Assembly: GCA_003427395.1 (NCBI GenBank)
Contig: BFEA01000002.1
Location: 797,567 to 861,566 of the forward strand
Direction of reading: 5' to 3'
Source: Chara braunii
Taxonomy: Eukaryota; Plantae; Charophyceae
Length of the DNA stretch: 64,000 nt
The translations under genes were made by a program, and so were the position numbers. The notes below the pieces were generated by a model. The model searched no databases and had not been told where the DNA came from. It worked only from the letters and a program-made list of their open reading frames with translations. Positions 40,158 through 54,089 of this stretch are shown piece by piece (the first letter of the stretch is position 1; every line of letters begins with the position of its first letter).

Positions 40158-42788
40158 ATGGCCTCGCCGGCTTGGCCTGCGGCGGTGCGATCGAGAATTG
40201 TGCACGCCGCGCAGTCGGGGCTTGTCGGCGTGACGGCAATCCCGAGGAGATTAGGATCGGCGCAGCGTGCCGGAGCTGAGCGGGCAAGGATACGCGAGCG
40301 CCCGCCCTCGACGTTGTCGTCGTGGCGGACATCTGTTGGCTTGAGGCGGGAAAGTGCCACGTGGATTCTCCTTGGGGAATCGTTTGGGCGGCGGGGTCGA
40401 TGTACCCCCGTGGTGGATGACGCCGAGCGGGCGTTGCCACCTGGCGGCTGCGATTGGCGGGAAAGAAAGCTGCCCACGTCGAAATGTCGGCTGAGTGTTC
40501 AACGTGTCAATGGCCGGCCCTCGGTGGATTGCGACGTTTGTGCCGCGCAATTAGTGGTCGGTAGCATTCCGATCGTCACGTCGCTGCCCACGTTCATCCC
40601 CACCACCACGTCATTGCCCACGTTTTTCGAGCAACTGTGGCGCTGCACGCCACGCCGGCCGCGATTGGTGGTTGCGGCAGCGGCGGGGGACGGGAGGAAG
40701 CGGGAGGCGGAGGCACAGCGGGGAGCTGTGACGCGTGGAGCGGGAAAGCGGGTGGAGGAGGGGGTAGCGCAACGTGCAAGGGGGGACTCGGCGAAGCTTG
40801 CAGCTCGGCAGGTTGGGGGAAGGAGCAAGGCGGGGGCGAAGCGGCACGAGCTGGCCGTGCAGCAGGAGGGTTTCATCGAGCTGGCTAAAGCGTGCGAGCT
40901 TGCCGCAGCCCCCCCCCCGCCCCCGCGCCCGCCCAAGGCGGAGACATCATCGAGGCCAAGGCGGCGGAAGGAAGGGATTTCACAAGTGGAGGGCGCCGAA
41001 GTCGCCAGAGCTTCTGGAAGGGGACCGACGAAGAGCAAGGGAGGCATTGGCGCTGTCTCCGGGAAAAAGGCGCGGGCAACGGTGGTGGCGGCGGAGCCCC
41101 GGAGGCGGAGGCAGAGCGCTGCGTCACGTGGGGGTGTAGGGACGACATTGGTGCTACAGCGACACCCGAAACAGGGGGAGGGGGGATTGCAGACCGCTCC
41201 GCCGCTTGCGAGTGTATTGAGCGAGCGGATGGAGCGGAAGCGAGTACAGCCGGCGGAGGATGGCGGCGTTCATGGCGGCGAGGTGAGTGGTAGGGTAGCA
41301 GAAGACGGGTGTGGGGACGTCATGGCGCCCTCGCGGGGTTCGGGAGGCGCCTCTTCCTTGCCCGCGCCATGTCCAAAGCAGGCGGAACCTCCACGGCCGC
41401 TGCAGGCGGAAGCTCCTCCGCCTACTGCAGTGGCGGAAATTATGTCTATCGTGGGGGCGAGGATGAAGAAGAGGAAGAAGCTGACGCCGGAGACGGAAGC
41501 GAGGCTGGAGCTCGATCTGTGGTCAAAGCAGGGGGATTTAGTGGGCGCACTGTCGTGTTACGATCGCGTGCGGGGTGAGGGCAAAGTCCCCATGCTGCAG
41601 TATCACTACAACGTGTTGCTTCATCTCTGCTCGTCGGCAGCCTCCGGTACGCTCCGAAGAGGCGGCCGCGATCGTAAGCGGCGGGAGATTGGGAAACTGG
41701 CGGCGACCGATCTGTCCCCCGGCAGTCCGGTCGCCGCGGTCAACGGCGTTGATGCTTCCGCCGCCGTCAGTCCCGATGCGGCGGGTAAGCTTAGCGCCAA
41801 CGGCGGGGACGAGCGGTCATCCCGGGGGGCAGCCGAATCAAACGGCAAATGGCCGTCTGGTAATTGCGCGTCGGCGGAAGGCTTGTCCCCTTCTCCCGCA
41901 TTGAGAGATTCGAGCGCTGGAAGTCCGTCAAGCGAGGGATCGCCATCTTCTTCTTCTTCTCCCTCTTCTTCTTCTTCTTCGTCCTCGTCGTTGTGGTCAA
42001 TGGAGGCGGCGCAGGCGCCGGCGCAGGAAGCGGGGGCTGAGCATCATCCCGCCGTCTTGTCCCCGGACGAGCTGGCGAAATTGGGTATGGAGCGGGGATT
42101 TGAACTGTATAGTAGGATGCTAGACCAGGGCATCAAGCCCAATGAGGCGACGTTTACGTCGATGGCTAGACTGGCGGCGGCGAAAGGGGATGGCGCCATG
42201 GCCTTCGGGTTAATTAAGGAGATGGGGGAGGTTGGGATCGTGCCACGATTGCGGTCCTATCAGCCCGCTCTGAGCGCGTATTGCAACGAGGGGGCTTGTG
42301 AGAACGCGTGGGAGGTGTACGAGCATATGAACAGATGTGAAGTGGAACCTTCGGAGAATGATCTGAGCGCTCTTCTTGATGTCGCGGTCAGGGTAGGGGC
42401 AGGCGACAAGGTGTACGCAGTCCTACATAGATTAAGGACGTCGGTGAAGACTATAAGACCGGAGACAGCGGAGGTGGTGGAGCGATGGTTTAGGAGCGAG
42501 GGGGCGGCGGAAGCGGGCGGAAAGTGTGTAGAGCGGGCGGAGGAGGGGGAGGCGGTGAAGGCGAAGATGGAGGAAACGGGGGGAGGATGGCATGGACTCG
42601 GTTGGCTTGGGGAAGGAGAGTGGAGTGTGCGGAGGACGACTGTGAGCGAGGAGGGAGTGTGCGCCGCTTGCGGAGATCAGCTCGCGACCATTGATCTGGA
42701 TCCCGTCGAGACGGCCAAGTTTGCTCAGGCCGTTGCTGACCTGGCAATGAAGAGAGAAAACAAGCCGAACGAATTCGTCCAGTTCCAG
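40158..42788 (+). CDS. PRORP: Protein-only RNase P, exon 1 (long N-terminal extension, PPR domain, Zn-binding CxxC)
   Basis: LDLWSKQGDLVGAL, YHYNVLLHLCS, PNEATFTSMARLA, PRLRSYQPAL, GGGWHGLGWLGEGEWSV, GVCAACGDQLATIDL; 877 codons ending CAG|GTGAGA (phase 0). Confidence 0.95.
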
Positions 42789-43001
42789 GTGAGAAAGAGA
42801 AATAACAAAATTATGGATATTCGAAAAAAGGGGGGTATGCAAGCGGGGACAGAACTGCGCCGGCGGAGCCCTCCCCCGCAATCGCGCGGGAGTCTGCTCA
42901 GTGCGGGCTGTGTAGTATTTTGCTCTCATTTGTTCATAATGAATGAACGAATCAAACCATCGCTCCTCATATTCTCCCATTTCGTATGCATCCCCCTGGG
43001 G

Positions 43002-43068
<67 letters not shown>

Positions 43069-43607
43069 GGGGGAGGGGAGGGGTTTTCAAGTTGTTTTTT
43101 TAACCTGCAGGGAGGCTAAGCACATTCTCGCACTCTAGATGTAATTGCGGAAGGATACAAATGTGAGTGTGTGTGCCGTTAATCACAGAGGCTGCCGGCA
43201 ATGGATTTGAACTCGCGACCTGTCCTCGCCATGAGATTAATGCTGACAATGTGGGCTGCAGCATTTGCTTCGAAGCCAGCCGCCGCCACATGGGCTTGGT
43301 GCAGCGTTCATTTCGGCTTGCTCGAGTTGTAGTCCTCGCTTCCGTCTTCCCCCGAACATAACGCACCCTGAAAATGAACGTATAAAATGTATGTCTCCGG
43401 CCCGATACAGTCAAAAAAATGGGGGTGCGTTTTGTTCGGTGGAAGACGGTAGTATGAGAAACATACAGTAAGTCTCTGGATGTACCTGAGTCCAGGGTAC
43501 AGCCAGCTCTGTCAAGGGCATAGTACTTAATCTAGTAGTTTTCTGGAGGTTTCAGATCGGAATAAGAGGCTGACCTGGATGTATCGGATGTATCTGACCG
43601 CTAATAC

Positions 43608-44049
43608 TGTATGTCTACAGCTCGGCCCAAAAAGTCTAAAGTGTGAAATGCTCTCGGATTGGCGAGAGGCCGAAGTACCTTTGCCCTCCTGGAACTAATG
43701 TGGGCAGTATTGAGGTTCACGTGCAGATTATGCATAATTATGCTCCTGCGCATGTGCAGAGCGTTGGTGGCATTGTACGTGGGCCTATTTTTGTCTCTTG
43801 TCGACCTCAGCTGAGTATCTGCATGGAGTTCATTTTGCTTTTTTTTTTTTTTGTTTTGTTTTAGGAATCGCGGATAACCACATTACTCGGCTCTACGTAC
43901 TGCCTCCTATCCTACGCTACATATACATAATCTGCACGTGAACCTCAATACTGCCCACATTAGTTCCAGGAGGGCTAAGGTACTTCGGCCTCTCGCCAAT
44001 CCGAGAGCATTCACACTTAAGACTTTTTGGGCCGAGCTCTAGACATACA
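43608..44049. mobile_element. MITE with ~125-bp TIRs (Tc1/mariner-like TA|CAG end) in PRORP intron 1
   Basis: tacagctcggcccaaaaagtct...cacgtgcagattatg is mirrored at 43927-44049. Confidence 0.85.
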
Positions 44050-44055
44050 TTATCG

Positions 44056-44790
44056 TATGCCGACGTGGCATGAATTTGACGGCTATTTTGCGCTGACGTT
44101 GCGTGAATCTGACAGCTATTTGCGCTGACGTGGCATGAATCTGACGGCTATTTTGCGCTGACGTGGCATGAATCTGACGGCTATTTTGCGCTGACGTGGC
44201 ATGAATCTGACAGCTATTTTATGCCGACATGGCATGAACTTGACGGCTATCCTGTGCCGACGAGGCATGAATCTGACGGCTATCTTGCGCTGATGTGGCA
44301 TTGATCTGACACATCTTGTGCTGACGTGGCATGAATTTGACGGCTATCCTGTAGTGACGTAGCATGAGTCCGGCGGCTGTATATCTTGTGCGGACGTGGC
44401 ATTAATCTGACAGCTATCTTATGGCATTAATCTGACAGCTATCTTATGCTGACGTGTCATGAATTTGGCGGTCACCCTGTGCTCATGTGTGAGGAATAAG
44501 ACGGCTATTTCTGCTGACGTGGCATCAATCTGACAGCTATCTTGCGCTGATGTGGCAAGAAACTGACACATATCTTGTGCTGACGTGGCATGAGTCCGGC
44601 GGTTAGTATCTTGTGGTGACGTGTCGTCAATCTGAAGGCTATCTTCTGCTGACGTGGCATGAAGTTAACGGCTACCCTGTGCTGACGTGGGATGAATCTG
44701 ACGGCTGTCCTGTGTCCTGTGCTGACGTGGCATGCATCTGACGGCTATCCTGTGTCCTGTGCAGTGGGGCTGTGTTGATACGTGGCATGG
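44056..44790 (+). repeat. 33-bp minisatellite, roughly 20 units (gctgacgtggcatgaatctgacggctattttgc)
   Basis: Direct reading; most homogeneous at 44090-44300 and decaying distally. Confidence 0.95.
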
Positions 44791-45305
44791 AATCTCAGCA
44801 GACCCTTAGGGCGTTTTCGCACTAGGACTTCTTTGGACGATTTTAATTCACTTTTTGGGCGGAATCTGCCCGTGATTAGAGTCAAATGCATCCAGGAATG
44901 TCCTCGAATGAGTATGCAGTGCGAGTTTATGCTGTGAACCTATTCTCGCTCGTTCGGCTAAGACATCCATGGACTTCGTTTCTCAACTTGGGATTGTGTT
45001 TTTACCCTACAAGCTTTTTTTGGGAGCGGGTGTGGGTCAAGGTCCGACTCGCCTGCATGTTCTTGAACCACTCGGAGGTGGGGGGTTTGAGAATGCCATG
45101 CGAGTATGCCCTGAATCCCCCCTTGCTGTGGGTCCAGATACGTCCAGCAACTCTTTTTTATCCGTTAAGCGATATGCAATGCTTTTACCCTACAGGCACT
45201 GAGGATTTGGTCTGGGTCAAGATCCCAACTTGCCTGGACTTAGTCGTTTCTGAACGTGAATCCTTGTGATCTGTGCGGGCAAAATGCGAAAAAAAGAGAA
45301 CAAAA

Positions 45306-45582
45306 CTAGGCTACCAGCCGGGCCGCCCGGGTCACCCTATTTTCCCGGACGGCCCGCCCGTGCAAGGACCAGGGAAGGTCCTAGCAAAAAAAATAAAAAA
45401 TAAAAAAACTTATGTTATGCAGAAAAATAAACTGAACAACTTTTGCCTCAGGGTCACATCGAAATTCTTTACCAAATTGAAAATAANNNNNNNNNNNNNN
45501 NNNNNNNNNNNNNNNNNNNNNNNNTTTTTTTTTTTTTTTGGCCTGGCCGGGGAAATGTCCGCGGGCCACTCTGGTAGCCTAG
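45306..45582. mobile_element. hAT-like MITE; related internal sequence at ~55110-55530
   Basis: 12-bp TIR ctaggctaccag/ctggtagcctag; 8-bp flanks gaacaaaa/gatcaaaa (7/8 match). Confidence 0.65.
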
Positions 45583-48500
45583 GATCAAAATAAAAAATAA
45601 TATGGCCAACTGTAAAATAGTGCATGGCAGGTATAATAAGTGGGAGGCACGTATTCGTTTCGAAATTTAGCATTGTTCTGTACGCTGGGTAGGGACCGAT
45701 CAGGGCTTATGAATGGTTCTGAGAGTGCTTGGGAGCTGAAAAAATGCTCATCGTGTTTACCTGAGGTCAAATTTACCTGCGGTCGAAATTACCCGAGGGC
45801 CAAATTACCTGCGGTCCATTTTTGTTTTTTTTTGTTTTCTGCGGTCCAAATTACCTGCGGTCGAAATTACCTAAGGTCGAATTTTGTTTTGTTCGTTTTG
45901 TCTTTTTTTTTCCCCTTTCAACTTGAAGGCAGCAGTAGTTGTTGGTTCTGCTGCTTCTTCTGCTGCAGTTGTGCAGCTGCAGTGGCTTCGGCAGCTGGTG
46001 CAGCTGCAGTGGCTTCAGCAGCTGGTGCAGCAGCACCTGCAGACACCCGTGAGCAGCTGCAGCTTATGCGGCGGGTGCATGGTGATGATGATGTGCGTGT
46101 GTGTGTGCGCGCATCAGATGGTCTTTTTCCATACAACTTACAAGCATCACCAGCTGTTGATTATGCTGCAGCTACTGCAGAAGCACGTGCAGACAGCAGC
46201 TGCACTTGCTGCTGCTCGTGGTGCAACAGCCCGTGCTGCAGGCGCTGTTGTGCCTGCTGCTGCAGCTGCTGCTGTTGCTGCAACTGTTTTTTTCATTTTT
46301 CATTTTATTTTTTTATTTAAAATTTATTGAAATGCACGCAGAGTTTTCCCTGGAGGTCCTCCCACGATGTGCAGCAAGGGCCATGTGTCAGAAGACACGT
46401 GGCACCTCCACAATGGTGGGAACGGAGATGTCTGGGATCCCAAACACTTGGCCTACCGGACGTCCTGACCAAGTGTCTGGGTCCCAGGCACCTGGCAATG
46501 TAGGAAAAAAAAATAATAATAATGCGAACAAAAGGAAAAAGCAATATGTACGAACTTAGGACCTGCAAGAACTATTATTTTGTTTGGGAAAAAAAATGAA
46601 AAAAAGAACTATTATTAGCTCTCTGCATATCTGCCGGAGAGTTTGCATTGTCTTAACGAAGAAGAAAGACCTCCGCTGATTTTAATCCACGAAGAAGAAA
46701 GACCTCCGCTGATTTTAATCCCCGACAACAACAAAGAAAATGTTTTGTCCAATGGATCCTATTTAATGGCTGTGTCTAATGGCTGCGTCTCCTGAATAGA
46801 ATGCCCTGTCATTATCACTTTATTAAATAATTAAAGTTTATTTAGACTGAATGACCGGCGTTGTATTCGGTCTTCAAACACACAGCATGGGTGGAGAGAG
46901 GCTTGTTGCTATTTTTAGCTTGCTGACTCATTGTGTTATATTTGGGAAGCACTACCTTCTTCAACCAAAGAGAATGCCCAATCATTATCACTGTATCTAA
47001 GACTGAATGACGGGCATTGTAATCGGGTTTTCGGAGTGAGCAGTGTGTGGTATCCTTTTAAATTGCCCACTAATTACGCCATCTGTGTGATGCACTACCG
47101 CCTTCACCTGAAGCGAACAATGCATAGTGATTATGGCTGTATTTGGGCCAGCGTTTAGTCTAATATCATAGATACAGCGATCGATTCGGGTGAAGTTCTA
47201 CTTCTGGTGAAGACGGTAGTGGTGCTCACCAACTTTTAGTTCAAAAAAGGCGTCTGCTGGACGAAATTCCACAGGTGGTATCACCCTTTTCCATAGAGGC
47301 TCCCACGCAAGACGAGTGCAGCAAAGAATTGACTTTCAAGTTTCAACGTAACACTTCGTTGACGGGTAAGGTAAAAAAAGAAAAAGAAAGGGTAGTCCTC
47401 GATGCGATGACTGCACACAACTGTCCCCTTTGTTCATGCCTTTTCTTCTTTTTTTATTAAAGAAAATGGAACGCAGGTAGTTCCTATTATCATGGAAGTG
47501 GGCAGGATTGGATCTACTACGCTGTGGGTCTAAGGTTCCTAAGGTGTACTGTTAAGCCGTAAGGCAGGTAAGTGGCCCCCTGGGGTGTGCAAGTTTTTTG
47601 GTTGGTTGGTAGGTTAGTGGGTGGTCTTGGGGGGTGGGGTGGGGGGGCAAGGAAACACGATGTCTGGGTGTATCAGGGCAGTCTGCTGGACAGTCAGCCA
47701 CCTTGTTTCTATGTTGCGTTTCAGGAAGGAAAATGCTCTTAACTTCGGCTCTTTGTGGCCATTTCCTCTTCTGGGACACTGTACAGCCGTCCCTCCGCCG
47801 TTCCTTCCCTCTGCTGTCTCTTCCCTTTGCTGTTCTGGGATGAAGTTCATGATGCTGCTTGCTAATTCGCCTTCATTGCACTTTTTTTGTTTTTGTGTGT
47901 GTGCCTGTCCGTTTGTGTGTGTGTGTGTGCCTGTCCGTTTGTGTGTGTGCCTGTCCGTGTGTGTGTGTGTGGTGGGGGGGGGGGGGGGGTTGAGGGGGTG
48001 TTCTCATGTCTGTGGGCCCCTCTGTTCTTCTGCGTCCTTGTGTTTGTCTGCAAACGTTTGTTTGGGTAGGTTGGCTCCTCCTTTTTGTTTGTTTTTCTGT
48101 TCTGTTTTTGGTTCTTTTGTGGGATAAGCCTTTTCGTACTTGTAGCGCCTCGCTCGACCACTATTTATTCGATTGGAAAAAATAATGAGTAGATGGAGAG
48201 TTGTCACTCTCGAAAAAAAATGTAGTTTTGGGAGTCCTGACTTGCCGCTGACACTCGACGCCGCCGTTTCTTTTTCCCTCATCATGACAAAGAAAAGAAT
48301 TCACAGTTGGGTCCCAACTTGCCGCCGACTCTCGAATGTCGAAGCTGGACGAGAGAGAGAGAGGGGGTCCTGGTCCGCCTCTCACCATATGTATGTTTAA
48401 AAGACAAAAAAAATATATTATGGCGGTGTATCTTTCCATATTCTAGCGGAAATGTCGTTCTCAATTTGCACAGTTGGTGAGCCAGTGAGGCCCAGGTCCC

Positions 48501-49056
48501 CCGTTTTTTTAGATTCTGCAGGTTGAGGACTCTCAACTTTTTTTTTTGTCTGGTGACGGTAGAACTACTCTCTATCAAACTTTTCAGAGTTGGCAATTGA
48601 GACTTGAGTGGACCGGAGCCCCTCTTTTGGAAATCACGGAGTCGAGAGTGGTGGAGTGAAGGCCCTTGGATGCGTGCAACCATATGCACTGTGTTTTTAT
48701 TTGCACTGTGTTTTTTATTTGCTGACCTGCTTTCTCAGATAAGTGACAGTGACATCTGTGTGTGTTATTTGGCCAGAAGGAAGGTGCTTTTTCGATGCCT
48801 TCGTTGTGCCTGTTCCTTTGTTTTCTCCCTTTTCCTCCTCTGCCTTCCCTGGTCCTTTCTTTTACAGTGCCTGATTCTTCCTGCTCCTTCCTTTTTTGCG
48901 GGCCTTACTGCGGAACCGTGTGGGTGTGTTTCGGCTTGTGTAGCGTGTGCGTTCCTCTGCAGAGGCAACAACTGCGGGCTTTTGTTGAACGTTTGTGAAG
49001 CTTTTTCCGTTAAATCGTTTTCTTGTTCTCCTTGTTTTCGTTCCCCCCCCCTGCAG

Positions 49057-49155
49057 GAGTGGTTATCTAAGAACGGACCTTTCGATGCTGTTGTGGATGG
49101 AGCGAATGTGGGACTGTTTAATTCGCCTGGCGGGAGGGCTTTCATCTATAAGCAG
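49057..49155 (+). CDS. PRORP: PRORP exon 2 (start of NYN nuclease domain)
   Basis: ctgcag|EWLSKNGPFDAVVDGANVGLFNSPGGRAFIYKQ|gtatag; 99 bp, phase 0/0. Confidence 0.95.
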
Positions 49156-52100
49156 GTATAGGTGTGTGGTGGGCGTGTCCTGCGTATGTGGTCCGTTTTT
49201 GGGTGTCAATTCCCTCTGCCCAAGTTTTGCTCCATCACAGTACAATGATGCACCAAATGTAACTCACGGTTAGTTTTCATGGTTAGTTTTCACGTAGTCG
49301 CTGTTGCTTGGCTGTTTGTATCCACTCTCCTGTATTTATTGGCAATTTCACCGAAAGTTGTATGGCAGATTTATTTATTTGATGATTTTTTTTAATGAAA
49401 GAGCAACGACCTTTGGCTATCATATTTGAACTGACGGGCCCCAGGTTAAATCAGAGTTATTCTCACTCATCTGATTGCATTTAGATTGGAACTGGTGTGT
49501 GCGTTTCATCAGTTCATGGGTGTACCAACTGAGCTAGCGTAGTTGTTGTATGGCAGATTTCAGTCTGCAGCTGAAAGGTTTCTAGTGTCGGAATGCGTGT
49601 GTTGTGCAGTGTATAGCTGTGCGTGGACTAGCAATGCTGAGGTGCTTGAGAGCCGTTGGTGGAGTAGACAGCAAGTTCTAGGAAAGGGGAAGGAGGGGTG
49701 CCATTTGCTTGCATGTTGTCCCTCCCCCCCTCAGCCACCTCTCCCCTTCCCTCGCGCCCTTATGGGTTTTGGTTATGTGGGGGCCTTGAGACCCTCAGGG
49801 CTGTTCCTTTGCGAAGGAGGTAAGGGGGCATAGGACCGTGGCGTGGCAAGTCGCGTTTTTGTTGCCGACTATATGATGTGGGCGGTGTGTGGGAGCCCGC
49901 TATGTGTTCTAGGAGGCTGGGATCAAGCACATAGGGTCTCGCCGCACTACTTGCCAAACACCAATATTCTGAATGTATCTGAACCTGACGGTGATCCCGA
50001 GACACTAAAAAATGTTGGTGATTTGGCGAGTGGTGCGGCGAGCCACCATAGGTGGTGCGAAGAAGCATTCTCCTGGAATGCCGCTGAAAAAGCGTTTGTG
50101 TAGAATTGGGAGATTGCTTTGCTGTGGGGAGGAAAGGAAAGAAGAAGTGAAGGTTAGACCACGAGTACTTCTGAGGCACTTTTCTCTTGGGCTGACAACG
50201 CACCATGTGGCAAAAAAAAAAAAGAGCCGGCACGGGCCTCCTTTTGGCTGGCGCTGCCAGCGATTTTGCTCCAGTGGCCGAGCCACGAAAGTTGCGGCAG
50301 CATGCAAGCCTCAACTTGGAAAAAATGGCCGGGAAACGTACTGGTAGTTTAAAGCAGAAGTGAAGTGGTTGAGCAGGCGGGGAACTGTCTCGCGTCTGGC
50401 CCTGCATTTCTTGATCTGTGCATATCGTCCTTGCCGGTTTCAATTTTAATGGATGTCCTGAAGGACCGATACACCCCTGTGTCAGTGACGCAGACAACTA
50501 ACATGGCAGTACCTGAAAGCAAAGACAGAAAGAAATAAGAAAACTTAGAAGGAGGCTGAGCTGGCACAGCTCTACGGGTGTGCTGGCCAGTAAAGAAAGT
50601 AAGTGGAACATATAAGTCAAATAAGCAGGGAAGGGAATCTGTCATGTCTTTCCCGTTTGCCAGCATTACATGATATTCAGACCATTTCTTGATTTATGCC
50701 TGTCATCCTTGCTGCAGGGTTACACTCATCTTCTCTGTACCGTTCCAATTTTGACGGATGTCTTTAAGGACCAATACACCATGTTTTTTTCGTTCATGCA
50801 GGCAAGCAATATGACAAAAGGTGAAAAAAAAAAAAAAAAAAAAAGAAAGGCAAAAAGCCTGAGCTGGCAAAGCTCTATGGCTGTGCTGGCGAGGAAACAG
50901 AAGAAAGCTGGTGGAACGTAGAAGTGGAAGGGGAAGAGCAGGCAGGTTATCACATGGCTTCCCCTTTCGCCCGTGTCCCCCATGTTTCTGTCATAGAGTG
51001 GACTGCTTGGTGTCTGTCATGTGTCTCTGGCCCAACTCCGCCATGTGTCTCTGGCCCTACTCTGCCATGTGGCTCTGGTCCTACTCTGCTATGTGAACCT
51101 AAGGCTGTGTCAGGGTCCACATGATAATGACTACAGGCTGTAAATAGCCAGTATGACATGTTCACTGTAGGTCTAGACATTGATTCTTTTTTGGAGTCCA
51201 TCGGAGCTTCAGAGTTCTCTCCAGCTGGTGGTCTATTTGCTGGGAAACCCTATGAATATTGGACGTCAACCTGTTGACACCCGCAGCTCAATCTTAAACC
51301 ACGCGTCCCAACGACCCTGTTTGTATGAGCGCCCTCCCCCCGGCCTGCTCGGCATTGGCGTTGCTTAAACACCACTGGCCCTGAATCTAGGAAACTTCAT
51401 TCTTCTCCAACCTGGAGTCGTGAATCATTATGGGGCCTACTGGGAGCAGCAGGCACATGTGATGCAGTGGGCCAAACTGACTTGTTATGGCCCTGTCGTA
51501 TACACATGTGACCTTGGAAAGGCATGTGCGCCCTCCCCCACCTGCCCTCCAAAAAAAAAAAAAAAAGATGAAAAAACAGCCCATAGAATTCAGATAAGCG
51601 ACCTTGTCTACCTCAGTGTCGTGCTCCGAGATCTGAACCAGGTCTGAACCCCAGCTCTAACACCTTAAGCTCTGTATGTGTGTGTGTGCCTGCATGTCTC
51701 AGCAAGTTTTGTCCTAATCCCCCCCCCTCTGAAAGAGAAAGCTAGAAAACAAAAGGAAAAAGGAAGGCCTGTAAAATTCAGACAGCGCGATGGAACTTGT
51801 TCGAGGGGAAGTATTGGAGGGCGACAGGGGAAAGACTGGGAGTAAGACTAGGAAGACTCCATATGTAGGAAGCAGGAGACTCGTACTAGTGACGTTGGTG
51901 CTGCTTGTTTTTTGTGGTTGTTCGAGTAGCTGTGAGCAAGTTTGGGTTTTGCGGTCTGAGAGGCTGCTAGGAGGGCCTCCTCGACGCCTTGCCTCTCCTG
52001 AAACTGTTCTGCTGCTTGACTGGGTGCTGCCAGTAAGCTTCCCGGCCAGCAGAGTCTGGCAGGAAGGCTATGGTATAGGGGGGGGTGGTCGGCTCGAGGC

Positions 52101-52166
52101 AGCCCCCCCCCTTGAGTAGGTGACTCGTACCGCAAGGGTACGGCTAAGCACCTCAAGCTCTGTATC

Positions 52167-52208
<42 letters not shown>

Positions 52209-52283
52209 NNNNNNNNNNNNNNNNNNNNNNNNNNNNNNNNNNNNNNNNNNNNNNNNNNNNNNNNNNNNNNNNNNNNNNNNNNN

Positions 52284-52321
<38 letters not shown>

Positions 52322-53543
52322 GTGTGTGCGTGCATGTGTGTGTTGGCCAGTTTTTGGCCATTCATCAGCCTGTATCTGAATGTGCAAAGACTCAAGGGAA
52401 AACGGAAAAAGACTGGTAGTGGAGCACATCGCCACCTCAACAAATCCTCACCAGAATGAATGAGTGGGCCTCCAGCTCAAACTAACCTCATACTGTAGTG
52501 CGCAGCTGGTCTTAAACGAACCCTGACTGAAAAAAACTTGTGCACCTCAAGATCCACCTGAAGAATGAGAACAACTTTGGGGCATGGCACAAGAAACATG
52601 AAAACCATTGGAGCATGGCATGGGTCTGACGAAAAGGAAAACCAAAACTGGGCTGCATTGTGCCTCGACCAAACCAAGAAAAAAGAAATGCAGCTTGGTC
52701 CATGGACACCTCATGAAAGTAAAGCTGGGCCCACAGTGTCGCTTGGGACCTCTTTTGCTTGGGCACGGCCTGGACCCACAGTGCCACGTGTAACCACTTT
52801 TTCTTCGGCCTGATGGGCTGTGTCACATGCAGGCCGCTTTTTGCTCTAGCATCTGTAGTAGACACAGCGGCAACATTGCGTTCGGGGAGATGCCCTGGTG
52901 GTGGGTTGAGGTCCTGGCCACTGGTAGTTGAGTCCTTGGCGTCTTGTGTACAGACTTCAGGCACACACACAGACCTAATTCTTTGCCCTGCTTTAGAGCA
53001 TGGGCTGTCTCTTTGATGAAGGAAGGTCTGTAGGTGGCCACACGTTTTTCTGGAGTTTTGGCCGCAGCATGTTCGTGAGGAGGCGCAGAGAGTGTGCTGT
53101 GGGTGTCATTCCCACAGTCTGCTCTTTCCGAGCTTCTAGGGTGTTTTAAGCAGTGGCGCTCCTGGTGTCGCCTTGAGATCTTGTGGAGTTTGGGATTATG
53201 GGACTCTATACACTCTAGGGGTTAGACAGCAAAGTGAAAGGGAGGTTGTTTCGCCATGGAGTGATGGAGATGATGGTGACGTGAGTTTGTCGCTCGGGAT
53301 GAATAGGAGTGTCAAGGTTGTGTTGTACTTGCACAATTAATTTTGTGGCTTTGTGGACCGTCTCAGAGGGGCTCTCCAAGTTTTTTCAGATCAGTGGCGG
53401 ATGTGGTCACTGCTTTCTTGCTGGTGGAACCTTCTGCGTTGTGGTACAACTAATTCTTTGTGTTTTCTGTGGTTGCAGTTTGTTAAGTATGTTGCCTTTT
53501 GCCCTCCATCCTTTTATGGAGTATGATACATGTATATATAGGG

Positions 53544-53783
53544 TTCAGCCTCGCCTCCTGATGAGTCGGTGAAACTCCAACGAAACAGTTTGTCACAGCC
53601 CCTCGTTTGTTGTCCTCTTCTCCCTCTCTGCCTACGGCTTACCGGGCCAGCTCTGTTTGACGATATATATCGTCAAACAGAACTGCCTGGTAAAGCGTAG
53701 GCGGAGAGCGAGAAGAGGACAACAAACTAGGGGCTGTGACAAACTGTTTCCTCAGAGTTTCACCGACTCATTAGGAGGCTGAA
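53544..53783. mobile_element. Foldback (palindromic) element copy 1, with hammerhead-like core in the arms
   Basis: ~120-bp arms around gacgatatatatcgtc; CTGATGA-gtcgg-tgaaact-ccaac-GAAAC at 53558-53586. Confidence 0.85.
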
Positions 53784-53967
53784 TATATCATTTGTGCAAG
53801 TGTGCCGCTTCGGCAGCAGCCGGGTGTGTGGGCACTTGGCAGTTAACCACACAAACGTGGCCAACCTTGCATCTTATAGTATATTGCCTATCTATACCTT
53901 TTTTTGTTTGATGGCTGGATTGTGATGATTTGTGGATGGAATGAGTGTTTTTTTTTTTTTTTGGACA

Positions 53968-54040
<73 letters not shown>

Positions 54041-54063
54041 GTAAAGTAGCACTACATTAATTG

Positions 54064-54089
54064 CTGAAATTGGAACGATACAGAGAAGA
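54064..54089 (+). pseudogene. U6 snRNA-derived fragment (ACAGAGA box region)
   Basis: aaattggaacgatacagagaaga (54067-54089) is identical to the conserved U6 core as recalled; the canonical TTAGCATGG does not follow directly. Confidence 0.75.

Noticed and set aside
42789-43103. C-terminal ~104 aa of the 981-aa ORF
   Set aside because: Read-through into intron 1 past the CAG|GTGAGA donor; it includes a (GA)n repeat.
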